From an uncultured Verrucomicrobiae bacterium (GTDB taxonomy: Bacteria > Verrucomicrobiota > Verrucomicrobiia > Chthoniobacterales > Chthoniobacteraceae), in assembly GCA_963769025.1 (NCBI GenBank), contig CAVYKI010000009.1, forward strand, positions 1,152,001 through 1,216,000: a stretch of 64,000 bases of DNA, in the 5' to 3' direction. The stretch's first letter is position 1, and every line of letters starts with the position of its first letter. The translations under genes were made by a program, and so were the position numbers. The notes under the pieces were generated by a model. That model ran no database searches. It saw only the letters and a list, made by a program, of their open reading frames with translations, and was not told the DNA's origin. Below, piece after piece: positions 20,602 through 29,755 of this stretch.

Positions 20602-22110
20602 CTACTGGCGCAGCGTGCGCGGCTTCAGCCCTGCGGCGACCCTGCGGTCCGCGAGCCACGCCTGGAATGCCATCATCTGGCGGGACGACTGGATGTATTC
20701 CGCGATGCGCGCGGTGGCTTCCTCCATTCCCTTTTCATCCACGGCAGGCCGCTGATCGACATGGACAATGAGCGCAGCTCCCGAAGTCGGAACGACGTCG
20801 CTGATGTCGCCGGGCGCGAGCTTGGCCGACGCGGACTGGACGACTTCCGCGAAGGGCGTTTGCGGCGGGATGCGCTGCATCATCGAGAACGCGGGAAACG
20901 CGACCGGCTTGAGCGCGAGCGCCGTCGCGGCTTCCGCGAAGGACTTCCCGGCCTTGCGGGCCTCCACCAGTTTACCGCGGATTTCGCGGGCCTTCTCCAT
21001 CATCGCGGTGTCGGCCTTTTCGGCGAGGAGCTCGTCCTCGAGCTGCTTGCGCACTTTGTCGAACGGGAGCTGCTCGGGCGCCTTCGTCTCCTTGAAGACG
21101 AGCACGTAGGTTCCATTCCCGAGCGGGATGTGCGTGCTGTACGGCTTCTCCTTCGTGAGCGCAAAGGCCGCCTCGGCTGCGACCGTGGAGCCTTCGAGTT
21201 CCGCCGGCCCCTTGTCACGGGAGAAAAATTCTGCGGTCTCGCCGATCGTCGCACCGGCCTGCTTCGCAGCCTCGTCGAAATTCACGGCCGGCTTTTGCAG
21301 CGCCGTCGCGAAATCATACGCCGCATTCGCGAGCTTCTGGAGTTCCTCGGTCTTTTTCGATTCCTCCATGGGCTTGCCATCCGCGGTGGGCGGCAGCGCA
21401 AAGGCCGCGAAGCGCACCTTGCGCATTTCCGGCGACTTCAGGAAATCCTTCTTCGCCTCGTAGCGCTGCTTGATTTCGTCCTCCGTCACCTTTTGCGCGG
21501 CGCGGAAATCCTCGGCCTTGAACGACACGTACGAAGCCTCGGTCGTGAGGCGTTCACGGATGAACTCGTCCTTAATCTCGGACGGCGTCGGCGGCATCGT
21601 CGAAGCGAGAAGCGCGGCGATTTTCCGAACGCGCACCTCGGCGATGATGAACTGCTCGATCTGCGTCTTGCTGAATCCCTCGGGGTTCAGCGCCTGCTGC
21701 ACGAAGAAGTCGAAACGGGCCGCGTCGAACTTCCCGTCCTGGCCCATGAAAGCGCGCGTCTCGGCGAGCTGTTTCTCGACTTCCTCCTGCGTGACCGAGA
21801 TGCCGAGCGCGTTGGCCTCGCCGTCAAACAGCAGCGAATTTTCCACACCCTCCGGCGAGAGCGACCCAAACCGCGTGTTGGGATCCATCAGCTGCGCATA
21901 CGCATCGCCGAGCCGCGTGTGAACGAGCATGATGCCCCGCTCGCGCCGCCAGACCTCCTCGCTGACGGGCTTGCCGTGAATCACCGCCGCGGGGCCGCCA
22001 TGGCTGGATTTTGCGTACCAGCTCGGCGTCCACCACACGAAGGTGATGATGATGAACACCGTCACGAAAATCATGATGGGCCGGCTGAATTTGCGGAGGA
22101 TGGTGACCAT
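20602..22110 (-). CDS. PpiD/SurA-N-like membrane-anchored periplasmic chaperone
   Basis: N-terminal TM (IMIFVTVFIIITFVWW), LGISVTQEEV, F..DGKFD, VTEDEIKQRYE...PEMRKVRF, KSFAEAA rotamase-like segment. Confidence 0.8.
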   Translation of the reverse strand: MVTILRKFSRPIMIFVTVFIIITFVWWTPSWYAKSSHGGPAAVIHGKPVSEEVWRRERGIMLVHTRLGDAYAQLMDPNTRFGSLSPEGVENSLLFDGEANALGISVTQEEVEKQLAETRAFMGQDGKFDAARFDFFVQQALNPEGFSKTQIEQFIIAEVRVRKIAALLASTMPPTPSEIKDEFIRERLTTEASYVSFKAEDFRAAQKVTEDEIKQRYEAKKDFLKSPEMRKVRFAAFALPPTADGKPMEESKKTEELQKLANAAYDFATALQKPAVNFDEAAKQAGATIGETAEFFSRDKGPAELEGSTVAAEAAFALTKEKPYSTHIPLGNGTYVLVFKETKAPEQLPFDKVRKQLEDELLAEKADTAMMEKAREIRGKLVEARKAGKSFAEAATALALKPVAFPAFSMMQRIPPQTPFAEVVQSASAKLAPGDISDVVPTSGAALIVHVDQRPAVDEKGMEEATARIAEYIQSSRQMMAFQAWLADRRVAAGLKPRTLRQ

Positions 22111-22203
22111 TGGTTTTTTAAAAAAGCTGCGGAAGTGTGTTGCGTCGGTCCGGCGGAGGAGAGTAGGTATTGCGCCACATTCCCCCGCCCGAAGACAAAG
22201 GCC

Positions 22204-23004
22204 ATGAAGCTACGTTTCCCGTTCGCCGCGCTGCAACTTCTTTCTGCACCCATCGCAGGATGCGCCTTGATTTTTGCTCCCCACGCGGCAATCGCGCAGG
22301 CTCCGGCAGCCGGCACCGACTACGTAATTCTCAAGCCGGTCACTCCAACCGCGCAACCGCAGCAGCTCACCAACGTCCTCATCGTCGCAGTGCGAGGCGG
22401 GAAGGTCTCGATCAAGAATGCGCAGGGCGAAATCGCGTACAACCTCAGCCAGATCCAGGAAGTGAGGAAGGCCGCACCTCCGGAGTTTGGACAGGCGCAG
22501 CGCTTGATCGAAGCGGGCGACATGGAGAAGGCCCTGCCGCTCATCAAGGGCATCGCAGATCGCTACAAGAGCCTGCCGACGCCCTGGGCGGCCGATGCGA
22601 CCGGCATGCTCGGCAACATCTACATCAGCCTCGGCAAACTCCCCGAGGCCGAGGCAGCCTTTAACGACTTTCAGCAAAGCTACCCGGCAGCCGGCTCGAA
22701 TATCACCGGCGTGGGCAAGGCGCGCCTCGCAGCGGAGCGTGGAAAATTCGAGGAAGCGAAGGCAATCGCCGCGCCGCTTGTCGCGGACGCCCTGACCAAA
22801 AAAACCGTGAGCCGTGCCGAGAGCCAGCTCTACGGTCAGGCCTACTATATTCTCGGCAAAATAGCCGAGGGAGAGGGAAAACTTCCGGAGGCGATGGAAA
22901 ACTATTGCCGGACGGTGGCAATCTTCTATCAGGAGCGCTCAGTCGTCAAAGAAGCGCAAAAGCGAATTGACGAACTCCGTCAGAAAGGCATTACGACACC
23001 GTAA
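22204..23004 (+). CDS. Exported TPR protein
   Basis: Real gene is the C-terminal part of track ORF 20140..23004, starting at ATG 22204. Signal peptide (..HAAIA/Q) and TPR motifs LGNIYISLGKLPEAEAAF, AYYILGKIAEGEGK. Confidence 0.85.
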   Translation: MKLRFPFAALQLLSAPIAGCALIFAPHAAIAQAPAAGTDYVILKPVTPTAQPQQLTNVLIVAVRGGKVSIKNAQGEIAYNLSQIQEVRKAAPPEFGQAQRLIEAGDMEKALPLIKGIADRYKSLPTPWAADATGMLGNIYISLGKLPEAEAAFNDFQQSYPAAGSNITGVGKARLAAERGKFEEAKAIAAPLVADALTKKTVSRAESQLYGQAYYILGKIAEGEGKLPEAMENYCRTVAIFYQERSVVKEAQKRIDELRQKGITTP

Positions 23005-23041
23005 CAAGGAATCCCTCGCAGAACCGAACCTCTTTTCACCC

Positions 23042-23941
23042 ATGCTCAAACACCCGCTCCGCCGTCTCCTCCCGTTCATCCTGACTCCAATCGTCGCGCT
23101 ATTATCCGTGGCCTCCGCCGCAGCGCAGGAACATGCCAAGCAGGATAGTGTCATCACCCACATCCTCGCCAGCGGGCCGATGGGCATATTCATCTGGATC
23201 TGCATTTTGGCCACCTCGGTCATCATGGTGACGCTCATCATCCAGCTCGCCCTCTCCATGCAGAAGGCAAAGCTCGCCCCGCCGCCGCTCGTGGACAGCC
23301 TGCGCCAGATCATCGGCTCGGGCAATTACCAGGAAGCATGGGAGACCTGCAACGCGAACAAGAACTACCTCGCCAACGTCCTCAAAGCCGGCCTCAGCCG
23401 CATCGGTCGCGGCAAGGAGGCCGTCGAAACCGGACTCGCCGAGCACGGCATGCGCGAAGCCACGCTGCTCCGCACACGCAACAGCTACCTCTCCGTCATC
23501 GGCGTCGTCTCGCCGATGATCGGTCTGCTCGGCACCGTCATCGGAATGATGGGCGCATTCGCCGTCCTCGGGACTTCCGGCATGGGAAACCCAAAGGAAC
23601 TCGCCGGCAAGATCTCCGAAGTGCTCCTCGCAACGGCCGCCGGTCTCTTCATCGCCATCCCGGCATTCGTCGCCTACTACGTCTTCCGCAATATGTCGCA
23701 GGCATCCATCGTGTATGCCGACGACATCGTGAACACGCTCTTCATCGACATCCCTTACGAGGAACTTGCCGGCATGCAGGTGGGTGAAAACTTCGCCGCC
23801 GCTGGCGCGCCGATGGCACGCCCGATGGGCGTGGCCGCCGCGGCACCCGCGGCCGCCGGTGCGAGTTGTCCGGTCTGTGCCGGCGCCGTCACAGTCGGCC
23901 AGACTCCCTGCCCGCACTGCGGTTCGGTCCTCAGCTGGTAA
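23042..23941 (+). CDS. MotA/TolQ/ExbB proton-channel protein with C-terminal Cys4 zinc ribbon
   Basis: SPMIGLLGTVIGMMGAF, ISEVLLATAAGLFIAIPA; ends CPVC-x10-CPHCGSVLSW. Confidence 0.93.
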   Translation: MLKHPLRRLLPFILTPIVALLSVASAAAQEHAKQDSVITHILASGPMGIFIWICILATSVIMVTLIIQLALSMQKAKLAPPPLVDSLRQIIGSGNYQEAWETCNANKNYLANVLKAGLSRIGRGKEAVETGLAEHGMREATLLRTRNSYLSVIGVVSPMIGLLGTVIGMMGAFAVLGTSGMGNPKELAGKISEVLLATAAGLFIAIPAFVAYYVFRNMSQASIVYADDIVNTLFIDIPYEELAGMQVGENFAAAGAPMARPMGVAAAAPAAAGASCPVCAGAVTVGQTPCPHCGSVLSW

Positions 23942-23950
23942 CGTCCCGCC

Positions 23951-24436
23951 ATGGCCCACCTCACACACGCACAGCAGTCGAAGGCCGCGACCCGCACGCT
24001 GCCAGAGGAAGATCCGGAATTCCAGATCGCTCCGATGATCGACATTCTCCTCGTGCTGCTCGTGTTCTTCATGTCCATCGCCACCGAGCAGGTGTTGCAG
24101 GTGAACAAGGAAGTCATCCTGCCGATGGCCAAGGAGTCAAAGCCGCCGGGCCCCGAAGACACGGCGAAGAGCGAACTGATGATCAATCTCACATGGTCGG
24201 ACCTCGGCAACACCGGCTCCATCATCGTGGACGACCGGACGATCGACGCCGCCACGCTCCAGGACCTCATCCGCCGGAAAAAGGAAATCAACAAGGATCT
24301 CCGCGTCATCATCCGCGCCGACAAGCGCGCGAAGTATCAGTACGTCCGCTCCATCATGGTCGCCATGGGCGCCGCCGGCGTCCCGAACGTCACGTTCAGC
24401 GCCGTGGACAAGGAGATGGAAGACAAGAAACCCTAA
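23951..24436 (+). CDS. ExbD/TolR family protein
   Basis: FQIAPMIDILLVLLVFFM, VIIRADKRAKY. Confidence 0.93.
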   Translation: MAHLTHAQQSKAATRTLPEEDPEFQIAPMIDILLVLLVFFMSIATEQVLQVNKEVILPMAKESKPPGPEDTAKSELMINLTWSDLGNTGSIIVDDRTIDAATLQDLIRRKKEINKDLRVIIRADKRAKYQYVRSIMVAMGAAGVPNVTFSAVDKEMEDKKP

Positions 24437-24462
24437 CCCCACACAGAAAGGAACACACTCAT

Positions 24463-24879
24463 ATGGCCGGAGGCGGAGGCGGAGAAAGCGGAGATTACGG
24501 ATTTCAAATCGCACCCATGGTGGACGTGGTGTTCGTGCTGCTGCTGTTTTTCATGGCATCAGCCGGACAGCAAATCACCGAGGGATTTTTTCAGATCGGC
24601 CTGCCCAGCTCCGCCCCGGGCGGAGACTCCAAGCCCATCGTTCCCATCGTCGTGGACGTGGACCAGCTCGGAAACGTCTTCGTGAACGGCAACCCCATGT
24701 CCGGCAGCACGAAGGATCGCGAGCTCAAGCAACTCACCGAATTCCTCTCCAGCGCGATGAAGGCATCGCCTGAGGATCCCGTGATCGTCCGCCCCAACAT
24801 GGAAGCGCGGCACGAACGCGTCGTGGATGTCCTCAACGCGTGTCGCGTTGCCAGAGTCAATAAGCTGACCTTCGGCTAG
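24463..24879 (+). CDS. Second ExbD/TolR family protein
   Basis: MAGGGGGESGDYGFQIAPMVDVVFVLLLFFM, PVIVRP...HERVVDVLNAC. Confidence 0.92.
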   Translation: MAGGGGGESGDYGFQIAPMVDVVFVLLLFFMASAGQQITEGFFQIGLPSSAPGGDSKPIVPIVVDVDQLGNVFVNGNPMSGSTKDRELKQLTEFLSSAMKASPEDPVIVRPNMEARHERVVDVLNACRVARVNKLTFG

Positions 24880-24892
24880 GGGCTGCCCTTTC

Positions 24893-25768
24893 GTGGCGGG
24901 CTCCATGGTCTCCTTTCTCCTCGGAGGCGATCTGCCCGTCCATCGCATCGGCTACGGCGCGATGCGGCTCTGCGGACAACCCGGAAATTTCGGCCCCTTC
25001 GCCAACTGGCCTGCGGGTGAAAAGCTGCTGCGCCGCGCGGTCGAACTCGGTGTCAACTTCTTCGATACCGCCGAGGCGTACGGCCCCGGGCACAACGAGG
25101 AACTCATCGCCTCCGCCCTGCATCCGTACTGCGAAGGGATCGTCCTCACGACAAAAGGCGGCGTGACAAAAACCTCGCCCACCACCGTCTTCCCCGACGG
25201 CCGGCCGGAGAATCTTCGGCGCGCCTGCGAAGCCAGCCTGCAACGGCTGCGCCTTCCGCGGATCGACCTCTATCAGCTCCACCGTCCCGATCCGAAGGTG
25301 CCCTTCGCCGATTCCGTCGGCATGCTCGCGACGCTCCGGGGCGAGGGGAAAATCCGGCACGTCGGCCTTTCAAACGTCACGCTCGAACAGATCGGGGAAG
25401 CCCGCGCCATCGTGCCGATCGTCACCGTGCAAAACCGCTACAACCTCCGCGAACGCGGGGCGGACGACGTGCTCGGCTATTGCGAACGCAACGCCATCGC
25501 ATTTCTCCCCTACGGCCCGCTCGGCGCACAGCCCTTCGAACGCAACGCTCCCCTCACCGCGGACACCGGATCCCTCGCCGCAGTCGCCGCCAACCTCGGC
25601 GCGACGTCCGCGCAAGTCGCCCTCGCCTGGCTCCTGCATCGCTCGCCGAATATCATCGTCATCCCCGGCACGACGACCGTTTCGCACCTCGAGGAAAATT
25701 TCGCGGCAGCACGCATCGCGCTCACGTCGGACGATCTTGCGGCACTTTCCGCGGCGAAAATCGAGTGA
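24893..25768 (+). CDS. Aldo/keto reductase
   Basis: RIGYGAMRL, FFDTAEAYGPG, LYQLHRPDP, VGLSNV, VQNRYNL, IPGTTT. Confidence 0.93.
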   Translation: MAGSMVSFLLGGDLPVHRIGYGAMRLCGQPGNFGPFANWPAGEKLLRRAVELGVNFFDTAEAYGPGHNEELIASALHPYCEGIVLTTKGGVTKTSPTTVFPDGRPENLRRACEASLQRLRLPRIDLYQLHRPDPKVPFADSVGMLATLRGEGKIRHVGLSNVTLEQIGEARAIVPIVTVQNRYNLRERGADDVLGYCERNAIAFLPYGPLGAQPFERNAPLTADTGSLAAVAANLGATSAQVALAWLLHRSPNIIVIPGTTTVSHLEENFAAARIALTSDDLAALSAAKIE

Positions 25769-25801
25769 CTCAGCCGGGCGCTTCCCTACCCTGCCCCCGC
25801 C

Positions 25802-26263
25802 ATGACTCCCGAACAACGCCTAGCCGCACTCCGCCTCGAACTCCCGCCCGCTCCGAAGCCCGTCGCCGTTTACAAGCCGCTGGTGATTACCGGCAGTCTC
25901 GCCTACGTCTCAGGCCACGGCCCGCTCCGTTCGGACAAGACCGTCATCACCGGCGTCGTCGGCCGCGACCTGGATCTCGAAGCCGGCAAAGCCGCCGCGC
26001 GCCAGGTCGGCCTCGCCATTCTCGCCACGCTCCGCTCCGAACTCGGCAGTCTCGACCGCGTCCGTCGCCTCGTGAAAGTCCTCGGCATGGTGAACACCGC
26101 TCCGGATTTCTACGATCACCCGAAGGTCATCAACGGATGTTCCGAGCTCTTCGCTGAAATCTGGGGCGCCGACGACGGCGTCGGTGCCCGCAGCGCCGTC
26201 GGCATGGGCCCGCTCCCCGGCAATATCGCCGTCGAGATCGAGGCCATCTTCGAGTTGCGTTAA
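25802..26263 (+). CDS. RidA/YjgF family protein
   Basis: LAYVSGHGP, VKVLGMVN, PKVINGCSEL, GARSAVG, AVEIE. Confidence 0.92.
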   Translation: MTPEQRLAALRLELPPAPKPVAVYKPLVITGSLAYVSGHGPLRSDKTVITGVVGRDLDLEAGKAAARQVGLAILATLRSELGSLDRVRRLVKVLGMVNTAPDFYDHPKVINGCSELFAEIWGADDGVGARSAVGMGPLPGNIAVEIEAIFELR

Positions 26264-26293
26264 AAGCCGCTCCCCGGCGAACTCCCCTCCCTC

Positions 26294-27691
26294 GTGACCA
26301 CCGAGGACTGGACACTCATCACCTTCGCGCTTGCGGCCGTCGTGCTGCTCGTCGTGCTCGTCACGCGGTTCAAGGTGAACGCCTTCAACGCGCTCGCGCT
26401 GGCATCACTGCTCGTCGGCGCCGGTGCCGTCGCGATGGGCGTGAAGGCACCCGGGGGAAAGGCGCCGCTCTCGCTTTTCGACGTCGTCGAAACATTCGGC
26501 GCAGGCCTCGGCAGGACGCTTGGCAGCATCGCCGCCCTCATTGGCCTGGGCACCATGTTCGGCAAGCTGCTCGCGGAAAGCGGCGGCGCGAGCGTGCTCG
26601 CAAAACGCTTCATCGCATTCTTCGGCCCGAAGCGCGTCGTGTGGTGCGTCATGGCGCTCGCCATCGTGGTCGGGCTGCCGACGTGGTTTGCCGTCGGCCT
26701 CGTGCTGCTGCTCCCCGTGCTCGTGAGCCTCACGCATGAGACGAAGCAGCCCTTCCTCCATCTCGCGATCCCGCTCGTATCCTGCCTGAGCGTGATGCAC
26801 GGCCTCATGCCGCCGCACCCCGGCCCCGTCGCGGCGATTGGCGCATTTGCGCAATACAAGCCCAACATGGGAATGGTCATCCTTTGGGGTTTTCTCATCG
26901 GCCTGCCGACCGCATTTGTCGCAGGCCCGCTCTTTGCGCGCCGCGCAGTGCGCCTCGTGCCCGCCGAGGCGCCGCCGATGCCATCGGTCTCAGAGCGGCG
27001 TCACATCACGCCACCGCCGTTCGGGCTCACGCTTTTCACGGTCATCCTGCCCATCGGGCTCATGCTGCTCGACACGCTCGCGCGCGTCTTCCTCGCGGAA
27101 AATGATCCGCTCGCCGCGGTCGCGAAATTCGTCGGCCACAGCACCATCGCTCTCCTCGCATCCGTCCTGTTCGCCGCGTGGGCGTTTGGGACGCGCTGCG
27201 GCTACTCCCGCACCGAGGTGCTCGGCTTTCTCGACAGTTGCATGGCCTCCGTCGGGCTCACGCTTCTCGTGGTCGGAGGAGGCGGCGGATTCGCGGCCGT
27301 GCTGCGCGACACCGGCGTAGCGAGCGCGATGGGCGCCCTCGCGACTCAACTCGGCCTCCCGGTGCTCCTGTACGGATGGATCATCGCTGCATTCATCCGC
27401 GTCGCCACCGGCAGTGCGACGGTGAGCATCATGACCGCCGCCGGACTCGTCGCGCCCGTCCTCGCGAACTACCCCGGCACGAACGTCGAACTGCTCATCA
27501 TCGCCATCGGCTGCGGCTCGCTCTTCCTCTCGCATCTCAATGACGGCGGTTTCTGGATCGTGAAGGACTCCCTCGGCCTCAGCGTTTCGCAGACGCTGCG
27601 GACGTGGACAATCACCGAGACGATCGTCGGCGTCTTCGGCCTGCTCCTCACCATCGGCGTCCACGCCGTGTGGCAGATGCTGCACCGCTGA
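26294..27691 (+). CDS. GntP-family sugar-acid:H+ symporter
   Basis: GKLLAESGGA, HGLMPPHPGP, IRVATGSATV, LSHLNDGGFW; multi-TM. Confidence 0.92.
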   Translation: MTTEDWTLITFALAAVVLLVVLVTRFKVNAFNALALASLLVGAGAVAMGVKAPGGKAPLSLFDVVETFGAGLGRTLGSIAALIGLGTMFGKLLAESGGASVLAKRFIAFFGPKRVVWCVMALAIVVGLPTWFAVGLVLLLPVLVSLTHETKQPFLHLAIPLVSCLSVMHGLMPPHPGPVAAIGAFAQYKPNMGMVILWGFLIGLPTAFVAGPLFARRAVRLVPAEAPPMPSVSERRHITPPPFGLTLFTVILPIGLMLLDTLARVFLAENDPLAAVAKFVGHSTIALLASVLFAAWAFGTRCGYSRTEVLGFLDSCMASVGLTLLVVGGGGGFAAVLRDTGVASAMGALATQLGLPVLLYGWIIAAFIRVATGSATVSIMTAAGLVAPVLANYPGTNVELLIIAIGCGSLFLSHLNDGGFWIVKDSLGLSVSQTLRTWTITETIVGVFGLLLTIGVHAVWQMLHR

Positions 27692-27703
27692 CGACGCGCG
27701 GCG

Positions 27704-28516
27704 TCAGATCGTCTGTGCGAGATAGCCGCCGTCCACGACGATGTCCGTGCCGGTCACGAAGCTGGACGCCTTGTGGGCGGCGAGGAACACCGCGGCACCG
27801 ATCAGTTCGTGGCTTTCGCCAAAGCGCTTCATCGGCGTGTGGCCGAGAATCGCCTGCGTGCGCGGCGTCGGCGAACCGTCGTCGTTGAAAAGCAGTTTCC
27901 GGTTCTGCTCCGCGGGGAAAAACCCGGGCGTGATCGAATTCACCCGCACGCCCTTCGTCGCCCACTCGCGCGCGAGGAACATCGTGAGACTCAGCACCGC
28001 CGCCTTGCTCGCCGAGTAGGCGACGACACGGGAAAGCGGGATGCGCGCGCTCGCGCTGGCGATGTTGATGATGCTCCCGCGCCCGCGTCCGCACATCGCC
28101 GGTCCGAATTCCTGGCTCGGCAGCAGGACGCCGCCCACCACGTTCATGTCGAAATTCGCGCGCCAGTCCTCGATCGTGATGGCCTCGATGGGCCGCTCGG
28201 GCGTCACCGTCACCTTGGGATCGTTGCCGCCTGCGGCATTCACGAGAATCGTCGGCGCTCCGAGCACTTCCGCCACCGCCTCATGCGCATCGTGCAGGCT
28301 CGCCTTGTCCATCGCGTCGGCCGCAAAAAATTCCGCCGTCCCGCCCGCTGCGCGGATCGCATCCACGCGCGACTGGCCGCGGCCCGCATTGCGCCCGAGA
28401 ACCGCGATTTTCGCGCCTGCGGCAGCAAGCCCATCGGCCAGCGCACCGCCGAGGACGCCGGTCGCGCCGATGACGACCGCGACTTCATTTGTGAGATCAA
28501 AGAGGGAATGGCTCAT
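27704..28516 (-). CDS. SDR oxidoreductase (D-mannonate oxidoreductase-like)
   Basis: GATGVLG, LVNAAGGN, PLSRVVAYSASKAA, PGFFPAEQNRKLL, GHTPMKRFG. Confidence 0.9.
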   Translation of the reverse strand: MSHSLFDLTNEVAVVIGATGVLGGALADGLAAAGAKIAVLGRNAGRGQSRVDAIRAAGGTAEFFAADAMDKASLHDAHEAVAEVLGAPTILVNAAGGNDPKVTVTPERPIEAITIEDWRANFDMNVVGGVLLPSQEFGPAMCGRGRGSIINIASASARIPLSRVVAYSASKAAVLSLTMFLAREWATKGVRVNSITPGFFPAEQNRKLLFNDDGSPTPRTQAILGHTPMKRFGESHELIGAAVFLAAHKASSFVTGTDIVVDGGYLAQTI

Positions 28517-28597
28517 GCACCCAAGACAGCCGAGCAAGGCAGGGCTTGGCAAAGCCAAACTGAACGCAGCAGTGAAAACGCCGGGGGCAAAACGGCG

Positions 28598-28669
28598 TCC
28601 GCAGATGCACGCAGAGTTCAGGCGACACGCCCGCGTTCATCCCCCGCGCGAATCCGCACAATCTGCGGA
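28598..28669. repeat. Hairpin with ~9-10-nt periodic arms just downstream of pheA
   Basis: TCCGCAGATGCACGCAGAG ... AATCCGCACAATCTGCGGA; the outer 9 bp are perfectly complementary. Confidence 0.5.
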
Positions 28670-28676
28670 TGAATCC

Positions 28677-29750
28677 CTACCCTCCGGACTTCGGATATGT
28701 GCCGAGGATCTTGACGAGCGTGCAGTGCTTGCTGAGTTCCTCGATGGCTTCCTTCAGAGGCGTCTGCTCCGCGTGACCCTCGGCGTCCACAAAGAAGAAA
28801 TATTCCCACGCCTTCCGCTTGCTCGGCCGGCTTTCGATCTTGCTCATCGAAATGTGCAGCCGGTTGAACGGCTCCAGCGCACGAAAAAGTGCGCCGGGCT
28901 CGTCGCGGATGCAGAACATCAGCGACGTGCGATCCTCGCCGGTCGGCGGCGGCGCGACGGGGCCGATGACCAGGAAGCGTGTGGTGTTGTTCGGATTGTC
29001 CTGCACGCTCATCTCGATGATGGGCAGACTGTGTTCCTCCGCAGCCATGCGGCCCACGAGCGCACCGGCCCCAGGCTGCTGCGAGGCGAGTTCGGCGGCG
29101 CGCGGCGTGCTGCCGGCCTCGATGAGCTCCGCATTCGGCATCGTGCGCTGCAGCCACTGGCGGCATTGGCCGAAGACCTGCGGATGCGAATAGAGCTTCG
29201 TGATCTCACCACGCGCACATTTCGATGCGAGGTGGTTTTCGATCTTCATCAGGATCTGCGCGCAGATGCGCAGTTCGCTGTCCATGAAAACGTCGAGCGT
29301 GTGGTTCACCGCGCCCTCGGTGCTGTTCTCGATCGGCACGACGCCGTAGTCGGCGCGACCACGCGCGACAGCGTCGAACACATCCGCGATGGTCACCTGC
29401 GGCACATAATCCACGCTGGAGCCGAAGCGGCTGCGCGCGGCCTGGTGGGTGTTCGTCGAAGGCGGGCCGAAGTAGGCGATGGTGAGATCCTTTTCGAGCG
29501 CGAGCGCGGCGGACATGATCTCCCGGTAAATGGCGCGGATGCTTTTCTCCGGGAGGCGGCTGTTCAGCTCGCGTGCCTTTGCGGCAAGCGCGCGCAGCAC
29601 CTGCTCCTCGCGTTCCGGCGCGTAGATGGGCTGTCCCTGCGCCTTTTTGATAAGCCCGACCTCGTGGACAAGGTCCGAGCGCTCATTGAGCAGGCGGATG
29701 ATTTGCTCATCCACGATGTCGATCTTGCGGCGGATTTCGGGAAGGTCCAT
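28677..29750 (-). CDS. pheA: Chorismate mutase/prephenate dehydratase
   Basis: IRRKIDIVDEQI (CM), VVPIENSTEG, YSHPQ, NTTRFLVIG, KIESRPS (PDT/ACT). Confidence 0.97.
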   Translation of the reverse strand: MDLPEIRRKIDIVDEQIIRLLNERSDLVHEVGLIKKAQGQPIYAPEREEQVLRALAAKARELNSRLPEKSIRAIYREIMSAALALEKDLTIAYFGPPSTNTHQAARSRFGSSVDYVPQVTIADVFDAVARGRADYGVVPIENSTEGAVNHTLDVFMDSELRICAQILMKIENHLASKCARGEITKLYSHPQVFGQCRQWLQRTMPNAELIEAGSTPRAAELASQQPGAGALVGRMAAEEHSLPIIEMSVQDNPNNTTRFLVIGPVAPPPTGEDRTSLMFCIRDEPGALFRALEPFNRLHISMSKIESRPSKRKAWEYFFFVDAEGHAEQTPLKEAIEELSKHCTLVKILGTYPKSGG

Positions 29751-29755
29751 GGCGA

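Noticed and set aside
20140..23004. 954-aa + strand ORF
   Set aside because: Only the part from ATG 22204 is a real TPR protein; the rest is antisense to the TPR and PpiD-like genes.
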